Assembly: GCA_963663475.2 (NCBI GenBank)
Contig: CAXXJV010000001.1
Span: 1,856,001 to 1,920,000, forward strand
Reading direction: 5' to 3'
From: Candidatus Cloacimonadales bacterium
GTDB taxonomy: Bacteria; Cloacimonadota; Cloacimonadia; Cloacimonadales; JAFGVF01
Length of the DNA: 64,000 nucleotides
Positions 29,348 through 40,800 of the stretch are shown in pieces. The position numbers and the translations under genes were made by a program. Below the pieces are notes generated by a model. That model searched no databases, was not told the origin of the DNA, and saw only the letters and a program-made list of their open reading frames with translations. Numbering within the stretch: the stretch's first letter is position 1; each line of letters starts with the position of its first letter.

Positions 29348-30361
29348 ATGATTCAATCAATAATCATTAATAATAAAGAAGTAGAAATTATTGATCAAAC
29401 TCTACTTCCTCAAGAAGAAAAATACATTAGAATAAACAACTATAAAGAAATGATTGAAGCTATAAAAAAGCTTCGTATTAGAGGTGCTCCAGCTATAGGA
29501 GTAGCTGGTTTAGTTGCTTGTGCTCAGGCTTGGGATAGCTTAAAGGAAGAGGATAATCTTAACTATGATCAAGTCTTTAAGGCTTTTCAAGAAATTGAAG
29601 ATGCTCGCCCTACAGCAGTAAATCTTTCCTATGCTGTAAATATTGCTAGAGTCTGCTTGCAAGATAAACAAGTAGCTTTGGCTCATGATATAATTTGGGA
29701 AAAAGCTAGAGCTTTAGCTGAGCAAGAAAAATTAGCTAGTGAGGCAATGGCTAAGTATGGGCTTGCTTGTATTTATCAAAAGCAAACTGAATTGAGAATT
29801 TTAACTCATTGTAATACAGGCTCTTTAGCTACTTACGGCCAGGGAACTGCTTTAGCTGTTATTAAAGCCTTAGCTAAAAAGACTAAAGTTAAGGTGTGGG
29901 TAGATGAAACTAGACCACTGCTTCAAGGTAGTAGATTAACTATGTGGGAGCTTATGAAAGAAGGAATAGAATGTTATCTTATTAGTGACTCTATGGCTGC
30001 TCATACTATCAAAATGAAGTCTATAGACTTAATAATTACAGGTGCAGATAGAATTACTCGAAATGGTGATTCTGCTAATAAAATAGGTACATATAGTCTA
30101 TCAATACTAGCTAAACATTTTAAGATTCCATTTTATATCGTAGCGCCTACTTCAACTATTGATTATGCTTTAGCTGAAGGGAGTGAAATTATTATTGAAG
30201 AAAGAGATAGTTCCGAATTGATATATTTAAAAGGAAGTCAAATAGCTCCTGAAGACTCTCAGACTTTTAATCCTGCTTTTGATGTTGTTGATAATGAGAA
30301 CATTGCCGCTATTATCACCGATAAAGGTGTTTTTACCAAGCCTTATGACTTCTCAAGATAA
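29348..30361 (+). CDS. mtnA: S-methyl-5-thioribose-1-phosphate isomerase
   Basis: RGAPAIG, RPTAVNL, THCNTGSLAT, ETRPLLQG, NKIGTY, NPAFD. Confidence 0.95.
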   Translation: MIQSIIINNKEVEIIDQTLLPQEEKYIRINNYKEMIEAIKKLRIRGAPAIGVAGLVACAQAWDSLKEEDNLNYDQVFKAFQEIEDARPTAVNLSYAVNIARVCLQDKQVALAHDIIWEKARALAEQEKLASEAMAKYGLACIYQKQTELRILTHCNTGSLATYGQGTALAVIKALAKKTKVKVWVDETRPLLQGSRLTMWELMKEGIECYLISDSMAAHTIKMKSIDLIITGADRITRNGDSANKIGTYSLSILAKHFKIPFYIVAPTSTIDYALAEGSEIIIEERDSSELIYLKGSQIAPEDSQTFNPAFDVVDNENIAAIITDKGVFTKPYDFSR

Positions 30362-31109
30362 TAATGCAGATTTAAAGAAAGTTGCTGATTTACTCTTAAC
30401 AGCAAAACATGCTATTGCCTTCACAGGTGCAGGTATTTCTGTTGCTAGTGGTATCCCTCCTTTTAGAGGAGAAAATGGGATTTGGGCTAAGTATAATCCC
30501 CAAGTATTAGAACTTTCCTATTATTATTCTCATCCTAGAAAATGTTGGAAGTTTATAAAAGAGATTTTCTTTGAGAATTTTATAGGCGTAAAAGCTAATC
30601 CAGGTCATTATGCTTTAACTAAATTGCAAGAGATGGGATATATCCAGAATATCTTTACGCAAAACATAGATAATTTACATCAAGAGGCTGGTTCTAATAA
30701 TGTATATGAGTTTCATGGTAATAGACAGTACTTCGTTTGTAAGTCATGCCACAAGACCTATTCTGTTAATCAGGTTGATCTTGATGCAGATTACCCAAAA
30801 TGTCCAGATTGCAATTCTTTGCTAAAGCCTGATTTCATCTTCTTTTCAGAAGCATTGCCACATCTTGTCTTAGATCAAGCATATAAAGATGCTGAAATAG
30901 CAGATCTAGTATTAGTTATTGGATGCTCTGGTGAAGTTTACCCAGCTAATCAGATTCCTCATTATGCTAAAGAAATGGGGGCTTGCATTGTGGAAATAAA
31001 TCCACAGTCCTCCCTATATACATCTTCAGTTACAGATATTATGCTGCAGGGTAAATCCCAAGACATACTGACAGATTTGGTAAAAATGATACAAGAAATA
31101 AAAGGATAA
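30345..31109 (+). CDS. cobB: NAD-dependent protein deacylase (sirtuin)
   Basis: GAGISVASGIPPFRG, TQNIDNLH, HG, two CxxC motifs. Confidence 0.93.
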   Translation: MTSQDNNADLKKVADLLLTAKHAIAFTGAGISVASGIPPFRGENGIWAKYNPQVLELSYYYSHPRKCWKFIKEIFFENFIGVKANPGHYALTKLQEMGYIQNIFTQNIDNLHQEAGSNNVYEFHGNRQYFVCKSCHKTYSVNQVDLDADYPKCPDCNSLLKPDFIFFSEALPHLVLDQAYKDAEIADLVLVIGCSGEVYPANQIPHYAKEMGACIVEINPQSSLYTSSVTDIMLQGKSQDILTDLVKMIQEIKG

Positions 31110-31112
31110 AAT

Positions 31113-32177
31113 ATGAAGAATAGATTGATTATTATAGTTATTTTGCTAAGTACTTGTTTATTATTTAGTAGTGAGATTCAAGAGTTAAAAGATAGATTTA
31201 CAGGGATTCAAGGTCAGTATACTAATGGCAAAGTTGCTTTGGAATTTTCCATAAGTGATGATGTACTATGTGACAGTATCGCTGTTTATCGTAGTTACAA
31301 TACCATAGAAATACCAATTGATACTTATAAACTCCCTATATCTAAAAAACTAATTTATGCTACAAATAAATTTACAGATTCTGATATTGCAGATAATATT
31401 AGCTACTACTACCTTGCTGTTGGCTATTTCAATAATGAAGCTTGGGCTATTAGCGATAATCTAATGATTTCAATTCCTCAAAAAGAATTAGCTACTGGTG
31501 ATTTATCATATAAAGATATTCATATAGAGGTTGATAAAGAAAACTATTTCCTACAATTGCTTGCTAATAAAAATGAAGTTTTAAAGAAATATCCACTAGC
31601 AATGGGGGAGAATCCTTTCTCTCGTAAGACCATGCGAGATAGAGTTTCCAGTCCTGAAGGAATTTATCAAGTAGTGTATATTTTAAAAAATGCTACTAAC
31701 TATAAAGCTCTCGACATTAATTATCCTAATACAATTGATAGGGTAAGGTTTGAGTTGAGTAAAGATTTAGACCTTATTCCTCAGAAAGAATACATAGGTG
31801 GGGATATTCAAATTCATGGAATGGGAATCAATACTAATTGGACACTTGGTTCATTTGCTCTCAGAAATGAAGATATTGATGAGATTATAGATTCTAATCT
31901 AGTAAAACCTGGCACAAAGATAATTATAACTGGTTATGAAATTGGTAAAGATGATATTGCTTATCTAGATAGATTCTGGACTAAAGCAGAAATTAAGATT
32001 ATCCAAAATAAACTTCGAGCACTTGGTTATGACATCTCTTCAGATGGCGTATTAGGCCCTAATAGTCGTAAAGTACTTGGTAACTTTCAATATAAAAATG
32101 GTTTGAAAGTTACTTGTGAGTTAGATAGAGAAACCTGCCATAAAATAGGATATATTCCTTATGATGTAAAACCTTAA
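31113..32177 (+). CDS. Secreted L,D-transpeptidase (YkuD)-fold protein with C-terminal peptidoglycan-binding domain; catalytic Cys replaced by Ser
   Basis: SPEGIY, INYPN, IQIHG...WTLGSF; IQNKLRALGY...DGVLGPNS...FQ. Confidence 0.8.
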   Translation: MKNRLIIIVILLSTCLLFSSEIQELKDRFTGIQGQYTNGKVALEFSISDDVLCDSIAVYRSYNTIEIPIDTYKLPISKKLIYATNKFTDSDIADNISYYYLAVGYFNNEAWAISDNLMISIPQKELATGDLSYKDIHIEVDKENYFLQLLANKNEVLKKYPLAMGENPFSRKTMRDRVSSPEGIYQVVYILKNATNYKALDINYPNTIDRVRFELSKDLDLIPQKEYIGGDIQIHGMGINTNWTLGSFALRNEDIDEIIDSNLVKPGTKIIITGYEIGKDDIAYLDRFWTKAEIKIIQNKLRALGYDISSDGVLGPNSRKVLGNFQYKNGLKVTCELDRETCHKIGYIPYDVKP

Positions 32178-32218
32178 AAGGAGCAAAATTACAATGGCTA
32201 AATCTAAAAAATATTATC

Positions 32219-32572
32219 ATGCAAGATTTAAAGTATGAGAGTATGTCACAACATATGAAAGGTTTTATTCAAGGCCTTCTCTTTATTCTAATAATCATCA
32301 TTATTATAGCTTTTTTTCATGTTATAGCTTATTTTGACCAAGCAATTGTAGGTAATAATTATTCTGATAATGGGGAAGTTGAGTATTGGAATGAAAATAT
32401 TGAAACATCAGATGGCATTAGGTCTGGTGGACAAGCTGATAAATCTAATGAGCTATATGAAGGAAGAAGAAAAGATTTTGGTTCAAAATCTTTAAATGAG
32501 AAGGATAGGGAAGAAAAAGCTAAAGCTAAAGAAGAAAGTGCTAAAAAGTCTTATGATTATCTTAAGAAATAA
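32219..32572 (+). CDS. Hypothetical single-TM protein (true start may be ATG 32194 with a +1 A-run indel)
   Basis: One TM helix; strong AAGGAG RBS precedes the out-of-frame ATG 32194. Confidence 0.6.
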   Translation: MQDLKYESMSQHMKGFIQGLLFILIIIIIIAFFHVIAYFDQAIVGNNYSDNGEVEYWNENIETSDGIRSGGQADKSNELYEGRRKDFGSKSLNEKDREEKAKAKEESAKKSYDYLKK

Positions 32573-33575
32573 TGGAAACTACTAGCTTGGTAAAGAGAAC
32601 ATTAACAGCTAAGTCGGTAGATTTAAGCTTATAATCAGCCTGCAATAATAAATCGAAGATTTTACTCATTCTGATTCTGGCGTAGTTTTGAGCAAAGCGA
32701 ATATAATCTTTTCTAAAAGTTGGATGAACTTCTTTAAGATAATTTGCTTGAATTTCAGATATTGAAAAGTTTTGCACTTGAAGATATTTTACTTTCCATA
32801 TTGTTTGAAAGAAACGAGTTAGCATAATAATCATGAGAACTGAATTCTTACCTTCTTCTGCTTCTAAATAATTATGTAGGATATATAAAGCCTTTGCTTT
32901 ATCTCTATTTCCAATTGCATTCTGAAGCTCGAAAACTGAACTAGCCCTGTTATTTTCCATACAAGTCTCTACATCTTGGCGGGTTAATACTTTTTTATCT
33001 CCGATAAAGATTAAAAGTTTCTCTAATTCATTATAAGCAGTATAATAGTCTGCTTCAATTTTTGATGAAAATAGAGAGATAGTATCCATTGATGAACGAA
33101 TTCTCAAACGTCGAAGCTCAGCATTTAGCCATTTTTCTATTTCCCAATAGCCTGCAGGTTGCTTTGCACTAATAGTAAGAAATTTATCAAATGCTTTAAA
33201 AATCTTAGTTGATTTTTTTATCTTTTCGCAATGAACAATTAAGATGGATGAGGCTGGTATTTTATGAATATATTCAGCAAGTTTAGTTTTATCTTTTTCT
33301 TTTAATTGATCAAATCCTCTAACAACAACAACTTTATGTTCCGCTAGAAAAGGGAACATTTCTAATTGTTCGATAATATCTTCACTATTAATATCTTCAC
33401 CAAAGAGATTTACTAAATCAAACTCTCTATCATCCTTGCATGTGTATTTATCAACTAGAGCTTTAATAACTTTATCTGATAGAAAGTGATCTTCTCCGTA
33501 AATAAAATAAACATTACTAAGCTGATGATTATCGATAATATTTAGAAATTGAGTTGAGCTATAAGAGTCGGACAT
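32562..33575 (-). CDS. holA: DNA polymerase III subunit delta
   Basis: VYFIYGED, PFLAEHKVVVV, NELEKL, D..LKS pattern. Confidence 0.88.
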   Translation of the reverse strand: MSDSYSSTQFLNIIDNHQLSNVYFIYGEDHFLSDKVIKALVDKYTCKDDREFDLVNLFGEDINSEDIIEQLEMFPFLAEHKVVVVRGFDQLKEKDKTKLAEYIHKIPASSILIVHCEKIKKSTKIFKAFDKFLTISAKQPAGYWEIEKWLNAELRRLRIRSSMDTISLFSSKIEADYYTAYNELEKLLIFIGDKKVLTRQDVETCMENNRASSVFELQNAIGNRDKAKALYILHNYLEAEEGKNSVLMIIMLTRFFQTIWKVKYLQVQNFSISEIQANYLKEVHPTFRKDYIRFAQNYARIRMSKIFDLLLQADYKLKSTDLAVNVLFTKLVVSIIS

Positions 33576-33584
33576 TTTTATCTC

Positions 33585-34391
33585 CTAAAATAAGATAAAG
33601 TAGATTGAAACTAAAGATGCAAGCCAACAGTAATATGAAAAATACTTAAGTTTTTTTCTTTGAATGAGATTAATCAGCAAAGCAATTACTAGAAAACCTG
33701 AGATAAAGGCTGATAGAGCACCAAAGCTGTATCTGCCTAAGAGAGATAGATCGAAGGTTTCCATATCAAGAAAATCTAATAAAGCTGCACCTAGAATTGC
33801 TGGAATACTAAGTAAGAAAGAAAAACGAGCAGCATTCTCTCTTTTCATTTTGCTAAACAAGGCAAAAGCAATAGTCGTTCCTGATCTAGAAATTCCAGGG
33901 ATTATCGCTAGGGCTTGACCTATTCCAATAAAAATAGCTTTAGCCCAACCAATATTATAGTCTTCAAAGTCGCCATTGGGGATCTTGTCTGATATGTAGG
34001 TAATTAAACCAGTGACAAATAAAGATATGGCTACAGCAAGGGGAATATTGTAAAGAGATTCAAAATTATCTTTAAACATGATGCCAATGCCAGCTGTGGT
34101 AATGGTAGCTATGATCAAATAAGCAATTACCTTAAGATTATTCACATCAGAATATGTTTTTTTAGACGAAAAGACTTTTGTTGCTGATAATAAGAGAGCT
34201 AATAAGTCCTTATGAAAATAGATCAATACTGCTAGTAAAGATCCTAAATGAACTATTATCTCAAAGCTGATTCCTGGTTCATTGATACCCCAAAAGTATT
34301 GGGCTAAAACTAAATGACCTGAACTTGATACTGGTAAAAATTCAGTAAGTCCTTGGATAATTCCTAATATTATTGATTCAATTATTGACAT
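33585..34391 (-). CDS. uppP: Undecaprenyl-diphosphatase
   Basis: QGLTEFLPVSSSGH, PGISRSG, FSFLLSIP. Confidence 0.96.
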   Translation of the reverse strand: MSIIESIILGIIQGLTEFLPVSSSGHLVLAQYFWGINEPGISFEIIVHLGSLLAVLIYFHKDLLALLLSATKVFSSKKTYSDVNNLKVIAYLIIATITTAGIGIMFKDNFESLYNIPLAVAISLFVTGLITYISDKIPNGDFEDYNIGWAKAIFIGIGQALAIIPGISRSGTTIAFALFSKMKRENAARFSFLLSIPAILGAALLDFLDMETFDLSLLGRYSFGALSAFISGFLVIALLINLIQRKKLKYFSYYCWLASLVSIYFILF

Positions 34392-34402
34392 ATTTTTTCC
34401 TT

Positions 34403-35581
34403 TTAATCAATTTTTGGTAGATCTGTATTTAATAAATCAGATACATTTACTATTTGAAAATGTTTTTTGTCAATCAAAGAAATAATATTTTTTACTTCTT
34501 GCATTTCTTTTTCACTAGTACACCTCATTAATAATGCAGGATTACTATTTTTAGCAAGATACCTATTAAGATTTTGTGAGTTAACTTGATTATATGAGAG
34601 AGTCCAAGTCGATAGAAGTTGATTTCTCAATGCTAGCTCAAAACCTTTAGACTTGCTTGTTGTCATTGCATCAATGTAATAAAGATTATGTTTAACACAA
34701 TAGTCAATTATTACTTTCATAAAATCTGTTTCAGAAGATGCGAAATCACCCCAATAGTGACTAATACCTTGAGCGGAGGCTACATTTTTATGGAGAGAGT
34801 TAATCTGGTCCCAGATGTCTTTTTTGATAATAGGGTTTTGAACTTTGATAGCATTTAATTGTGAGTAGGAATTTCTATTTGGATATGCTTCTAAGGGAAT
34901 AGAAAGCATAGTTTCTATGCCATGATAATTAGCAAGTTTAACAAGGGTATCAGTGTAGGTCCCATCTCCTAAGAAGGCAAGGGTTAAGTTCTTAGCTTTA
35001 ATTAAATCAAGATTAGCATCTATAAGTTCTTTATTATCACCAACTTCAGTAAGAATTAGACTAATCTCTTGAGATTGTTCAATATCTGAGTAAGGGCTTT
35101 TATCGTAAACAAGTCTAATAATATATTCATATGATTGATCTTGATTTCTATAAGTAAGCTTATGTCCTACCAGGTATTCCTTCCAGTTAGCAAAGAAGAT
35201 ACCTTCAATCAGTTTAGCATTTTTTTTTTCAAGTTCTTGCTTGAGGATAATATTAGCATAAGTAAGATCAATTAGTTCTCGATTGAGCATAAACCTTAAA
35301 TATACCTGTCTGGGATTATTAGTAGCTTTATCTTCATATCTAATAATATTGGGGTAAATATTAGGAGAGAACCTGCTAGAATTCTCTCCATAAGGTATTT
35401 TTAAAGAATAGGCAACATCATAGATAGCCATTTCTAAAGAGTCTATCTCTGCTTCATACCAAGGGTGAAAGTCTTCTATTTCATTATTTTCTAAAGAAAC
35501 TTCTGCTTGTTTTTCTAGCTTCTTTTCTGAACCACAAGCTATTAGTATAAAGATTGAAAAGACAAGTGAGACAATTTTCAT
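34403..35581 (-). CDS. Lipoprotein with degenerate divergent polysaccharide deacetylase domain
   Basis: Lipobox LIAC; C-terminal half follows the family pattern (LTLAFL, IPLE, YYIDAMT). Confidence 0.55.
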   Translation of the reverse strand: MKIVSLVFSIFILIACGSEKKLEKQAEVSLENNEIEDFHPWYEAEIDSLEMAIYDVAYSLKIPYGENSSRFSPNIYPNIIRYEDKATNNPRQVYLRFMLNRELIDLTYANIILKQELEKKNAKLIEGIFFANWKEYLVGHKLTYRNQDQSYEYIIRLVYDKSPYSDIEQSQEISLILTEVGDNKELIDANLDLIKAKNLTLAFLGDGTYTDTLVKLANYHGIETMLSIPLEAYPNRNSYSQLNAIKVQNPIIKKDIWDQINSLHKNVASAQGISHYWGDFASSETDFMKVIIDYCVKHNLYYIDAMTTSKSKGFELALRNQLLSTWTLSYNQVNSQNLNRYLAKNSNPALLMRCTSEKEMQEVKNIISLIDKKHFQIVNVSDLLNTDLPKID

Positions 35582-36255
35582 TAAAAGTTTAGTTGGAGAT
35601 TGAGCATAGGAGTCATATTCTGATTAACACTTGAATATATGGTATATTTATCAGCAATATCTCTATTTTTATATCTAATTAGCATATCAAAGAAGGAAAA
35701 CATATGGTTTGCAACAAGCAGACCTGTGGCAACTTTAGCATAGTCTTGATTAAGAAAATATTTCTGTCTTAAATCATTATATTTATATCTATTATTTTTA
35801 CTATCCCATCTCCAGTTTTCTTCATCAGGTATCGCATTGTCATCGATGTAGTTTTGTTGAGCATCAGGATCACCAGGGAACTGGCTTATTGCTTGGTTGA
35901 GCACTTCTTGGTTATAACCACCTGATTCATAGTAGGAAGAATTATAACGTCCAATCATTTTATAATAGGACTCAGGATAAGAAGCTGGCTTAATATGAGC
36001 AAAATTAATTGCATAATTGATACTTTGGTCTTTTTTAATATCAGCTTCATTGGAGAAATAAATTAAAGAAGAGATAAAGGCTACTTCTAAGCCCAGGTGG
36101 GCATAGCCAATTTTATTATCACTTGAAATCTGTCCCCAACCAGGTAACAAAGCAGATTTAAGGGGAGCAAAGCTATATTTATCTGCTGCTAAGAGAGGAA
36201 AAACTAAGATCAGGGTTAAGCCTATGATTAGTTTTTTTTTAAAATTTAAACCCAT
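35581..36255 (-). CDS. Exported hypothetical protein (DUF5683-like), paralogue 1
   Basis: Signal peptide, SALLPGWGQ motif, W.WDS, terminal Phe. Confidence 0.65.
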   Translation of the reverse strand: MGLNFKKKLIIGLTLILVFPLLAADKYSFAPLKSALLPGWGQISSDNKIGYAHLGLEVAFISSLIYFSNEADIKKDQSINYAINFAHIKPASYPESYYKMIGRYNSSYYESGGYNQEVLNQAISQFPGDPDAQQNYIDDNAIPDEENWRWDSKNNRYKYNDLRQKYFLNQDYAKVATGLLVANHMFSFFDMLIRYKNRDIADKYTIYSSVNQNMTPMLNLQLNF

Positions 36256-36904
36256 AATTTACCAATACTCCTTGATGATTTAAGTCAGGTTGTACGTTTA
36301 TAGAATGTCTTTCAATAAATTCTTTATTATTATTACTAGTGGAAATTGCTGTAGAAATTGCACTATATATATGATTAACAATTAAAGCTCCAATAACAAT
36401 ATTAGCATTTTGGTTATTCTTTTGTTTTTGGGCTCTATAACTTCTATATTTTTTATAGTTTTCAGAAGATTCCCAATCCCATGCTTGTTCCTCAGATATA
36501 CTATATTGATTAACAAATTCATAATATCCTTGGCTACCATAACCGTAGTAGTTTTGGGCATTGAGTCTGACATTTTCGTTGAATTGTTGACTGGAAATCT
36601 GTTGTGCTAAGAGGTCATAGTAGTCACTACTAGCGTTAAGAGGGGCACCAGTTACTTTATAAGCAAATTGCTTTGCTGAGTTATCAAAAGAATCTGCTTG
36701 TTTATTAAAATGAAAAAGGCCTGCTATTAATGCTACTTCTCTAAATATTGCAATACCGCCTTTAGCGTAGTTTCGAGCATAAATATCACCACTTCCTGGT
36801 ACAAGGGCAGACATTGCTAATGATAGTTTGGTTGAATGAATCTTATCTGCACTTAAACAAGTGAGAATAAGTAGAGAAAGGGTTATTAAAAGAATCTTTT
36901 TCAC
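36239..36904 (-). CDS. Exported hypothetical protein (DUF5683-like), paralogue 2
   Basis: Signal peptide, SALVPGSG, WDWES, terminal YGFKF; GTG start. Confidence 0.65.
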   Translation of the reverse strand: MKKILLITLSLLILTCLSADKIHSTKLSLAMSALVPGSGDIYARNYAKGGIAIFREVALIAGLFHFNKQADSFDNSAKQFAYKVTGAPLNASSDYYDLLAQQISSQQFNENVRLNAQNYYGYGSQGYYEFVNQYSISEEQAWDWESSENYKKYRSYRAQKQKNNQNANIVIGALIVNHIYSAISTAISTSNNNKEFIERHSINVQPDLNHQGVLVNYGFKF

Positions 36905-37834
36905 TTAGAACCTCTGACTTATGAAAAGCATAGGAGTAAACCTATCATCTTTACTTGTTGCTGCATAATTGAATTGGAAATTACTTTGAGAGATATAGTT
37001 TTTGTTATATCTTTGTACTGCCAGACCAGCATCTACAGCAGAAACAAGTCTGTTAAGTAGCATACCATAAAGAAAATAGTCTGCCTTACTATATTGATCT
37101 TGAGCATCTTTTCTCATTTGGATATATTTTTCCCTCATAGGAGAATAGACACCATCATTGATATTTTCAGTATAATTATCATTAGTGAGTTCATAGCCAA
37201 TGATAGTATGGTTAATATCTTCAGCATCGGTGTTCCAGAGAACTATTGGTTTAACAGCACCTTCATTAAGATTACCTTGACCATTATAAGCATATCTTTC
37301 ATACCAGTCTGCCCAACCATAAATATATTTATTATATTTACCAACATCTTCATAAAAGTGCTGAGTATTTTGCTGGTCTAAACGATAAAAGCCATTTACT
37401 CCTAGGTCGTAAATATCAGCAGTGTTTAAATCTGAAACATAAGATTCAACAATACTCTGGAATTGTCTATTATAACGTGGGCCAGAATAAATCTCTTGGC
37501 CACTCACAGGGTCATAAAGGCTTATGTTTTCGCCATTAACATATTTTTCATAAGCTCTCTCTTGGTCTATAGCATCTTGTCTTGCTGAAACATAGCCATA
37601 GATTAGAGCTCCTTCAATAATTGGAAAGATATAGCCTACCCATCTGGAAGGATTAACATATATAGAACCTGCTCCAGGCAGGATAGCAGACATAGTAATA
37701 GCCAGCTTAGTACTCTTTTTTTGGTAATTAACCTGAATCACATTATTTTCTAATTCTAAATCATCTATTAAAGGTTGGGCAAAGATGTTTAATGATAAGC
37801 TAGCTATGATTAATATAAACAAGTATTTTTTCAT
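36905..37834 (-). CDS. Exported hypothetical protein (DUF5683-like), paralogue 3
   Basis: Signal peptide, SAILPGAG, NRLVSAVDA, terminal Phe. Confidence 0.65.
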   Translation of the reverse strand: MKKYLFILIIASLSLNIFAQPLIDDLELENNVIQVNYQKKSTKLAITMSAILPGAGSIYVNPSRWVGYIFPIIEGALIYGYVSARQDAIDQERAYEKYVNGENISLYDPVSGQEIYSGPRYNRQFQSIVESYVSDLNTADIYDLGVNGFYRLDQQNTQHFYEDVGKYNKYIYGWADWYERYAYNGQGNLNEGAVKPIVLWNTDAEDINHTIIGYELTNDNYTENINDGVYSPMREKYIQMRKDAQDQYSKADYFLYGMLLNRLVSAVDAGLAVQRYNKNYISQSNFQFNYAATSKDDRFTPMLFISQRF

Positions 37835-37842
37835 ATATTCTC

Positions 37843-40800
37843 CTATTTTGTTACAGCAAATTTAAACTTATAAGTGGAATTTTCTTCAATTATTCCAATA
37901 TAGATACCTGAAGCTACTTGCGAGAAGTCAATTAAGCTATCAACATGATCTAAGTCATTTGATTCAATAACATAGCTTTTAATTAATTTTCCAGCAATAT
38001 CATAAATCTTAACCTTAGCTTCTTTCTTGATGTTAAAAATCCTTAGAGTAGCTTGATTACCAGCAACAGGATTAGGGAAGACATAGGCAGAAATACTCTG
38101 ATTGTTGTCTTCATTTGAAGAAGTTTGTTTGAGGTAATTCAGATTTCTATTAGGATTATAATTATTAACTTCCCAATTAAGAGGATTGACAAGATTTTTT
38201 TTCTCTGTCCATTGAAGGATTACAGAATTATCAAAGCTAGTAATTTGGAAAAAATAGCCTAAGGAATCACCGTCTTCACTTTTATAGTGAGAAAAAATTC
38301 TACTATTGCTATTATCAATAAGGCTTAAAGCTGGATCAATAGTATCTTGATTAAGATTCCAAGCTAGATAATTATTTTCTTCAACAGGTAGGTAAATAGT
38401 TTTGCCATAGTAGCTAGATTCTTGATTATTTAAGTAGGAATTATCAATAATCAGTAATTCATCCTGAGTGAAGTCATAATTGTGGAATGTTCTCGGGAAG
38501 TTTAATGGGAAAGTTCCATCAATATAATTGGCATAAACACTATTTCCAGAAGTGAAAACAAGGTAAACATCCTGCTCATCATTATTCAGGGCTAGTTGAG
38601 AAGTAGGTTGGTCTGCTAAAGTAGCAGAATAGTCATACACTACTTGCAGGTCAGTTTTATTATATGAGTAAATGACATTATCACTAGTTTTCATAATTAA
38701 AAACTGGTCTGTTTTATACACTTGATCTGTTTGATTTTCTGTATAATGATTAAGAATTACTGGTTTAGTATTAATATTTCCAGGTAAATCTAGGCTAATA
38801 TTAGCTGTAAGGTCTATAAGCAGGTCATTAGTAATAAAGAACAAATCTGTTTCTGAAGCAATAATGTGGTCAACTTGATAATCCATTTCCGTGATTTCAA
38901 TGCTATTATCAGAAGTATGGTACTTTATTTCCAGAACTTTATTATCTGTTTTTACATAATACTTATTATCAAAGAACTGAGGCATTTCATTAACCATAGT
39001 ATTTAGTTCAAAAGTATGGGCAATATTATTTCTAAGAACCAGCATTTTAGAAGAATAGAATAGTACTAATTCATCGTTATCATCATTATCGAAATCTACT
39101 TTTTGGAGAGGGTGAATAATCTGATAATCATCAATTACATGATCTAAATCAATGGACGAAAAACTTTCAAAATCGTGTTCAGCTTTATCAAAATAATACA
39201 AATCGATAGAATTATTGCTAACTAAAGCAATATCGGAAAGTTTAGTAGTACCGTCGAAAATAGGAGAAATTGTTATAATCTCTCTTTCAGAAGTAATTGA
39301 AGTAGTTCTGTTAAGAATTGGAGAGCCATAGGAAAAAGTCATTTCCTTGCCAGATTGAGAGATATTATAAAGTCCAGAAGTGTGAGCAAAGCCTGAAGAT
39401 GTAACTAAAGGTGGGGTAGAGCTAGCATTTAAAACATCATTATGAATTCTATCACTCCAACCTGCAAAGAAATCATCCCCATTTATTGTTTCAAAACTTG
39501 GTATATGCTTGAAGTAGTATTCAAAAGCAGTTCCTTTCCAGTAATAGGCATAGACATTACCAATATCAGGAATTGCATCAGCTTCAATTATTTCCACACC
39601 TCGCTTGCTATATCTAGTATTTATGAAATTATTGGCAAAGTTAGAAACAAAGTTACCCTGAGAGTCATAAGAACCTTGATTATAAAGGACATCATCATTA
39701 ACCTTCCAAACTAATAATCCTCCTCCAATTGCATTTACGTTTTGATCAATAAAGGAGGGTAGTAGATAATCATATTCAAATGTAGGGTTATTATCATCGT
39801 CTTGGTAGGCAGTTGGATGTAAAGCTATTCTTCCATCTAAAGCAGAAAATACAGCAGTACCACCATCTCCATCAGGGTCAACATTTCTGTTCTCGATTAA
39901 GATATATTCATCTTCAGAAATTTGTAATTTATAGATATATGGTGCTTTAGTTAGATCATATCTTTCTTCAGCACAGGTAATTCTTATGTCTTGGAGTTTT
40001 GTTAAATCTTCAATATCTTTGAGAATTCCTCTTTGTCTAAATGAATCTTCAAACATTAAAACTCGAGAAAAAGCACCTGGTAGGCCAGGGATTATTCCTT
40101 CAATTGAATAGGTTTTATCATCAATTCCTGAACCCATACCTACTTCAGTAGATCCACCAGAATCCATAATATCGAAAGAACCAACCATAGGATAATAGCT
40201 GTTAACAGCATAGAGGTCAACTAATCCTAAGGAATGACCAAACTCATGGAACATTACTCCATTGAGAGCTCCATAACCACTAACTTGAATATTACCATCA
40301 CCAAAATCATATTCACTAATATCTTGAGTGATAGTTTCAGGAATATTACAAGCATAATCAATTATGTGACTACCCCCATCAACTACAGCTTCTTTTCCAT
40401 CGCCAACTCTTATAAAGAAAGATGGTATATCACTAGGAGTATCAGCAAGTACGTCATGTTGCCAATCAGAACCAGCATGAATAATCATGTAGTGTGAATA
40501 GTTGGAAAATTGAATTTCAGGAGATTCTTGGTCTGCTGTTTCAAAAGATTCTTTAAAGTATTCTTCCATTTTAGCAACAAATTCTTGGTTGCTTGCTCCT
40601 GGAGGGTTATAATAACCCATAGGTTGAGAAAGAGTGTAGCATGCTTTATCTTGTGGGTATATATCCCATTCAAGGTCAAAGCCACCCAGACTAGCAGCTA
40701 GATAGTAATATCTCATAGCCAAAGCCATTTTGTCATAATACTCTTGATCATGAGGTGGTTTAGAGAGTTGGATAGGATAGTTTTCAGGAGCTTGAAGAAT

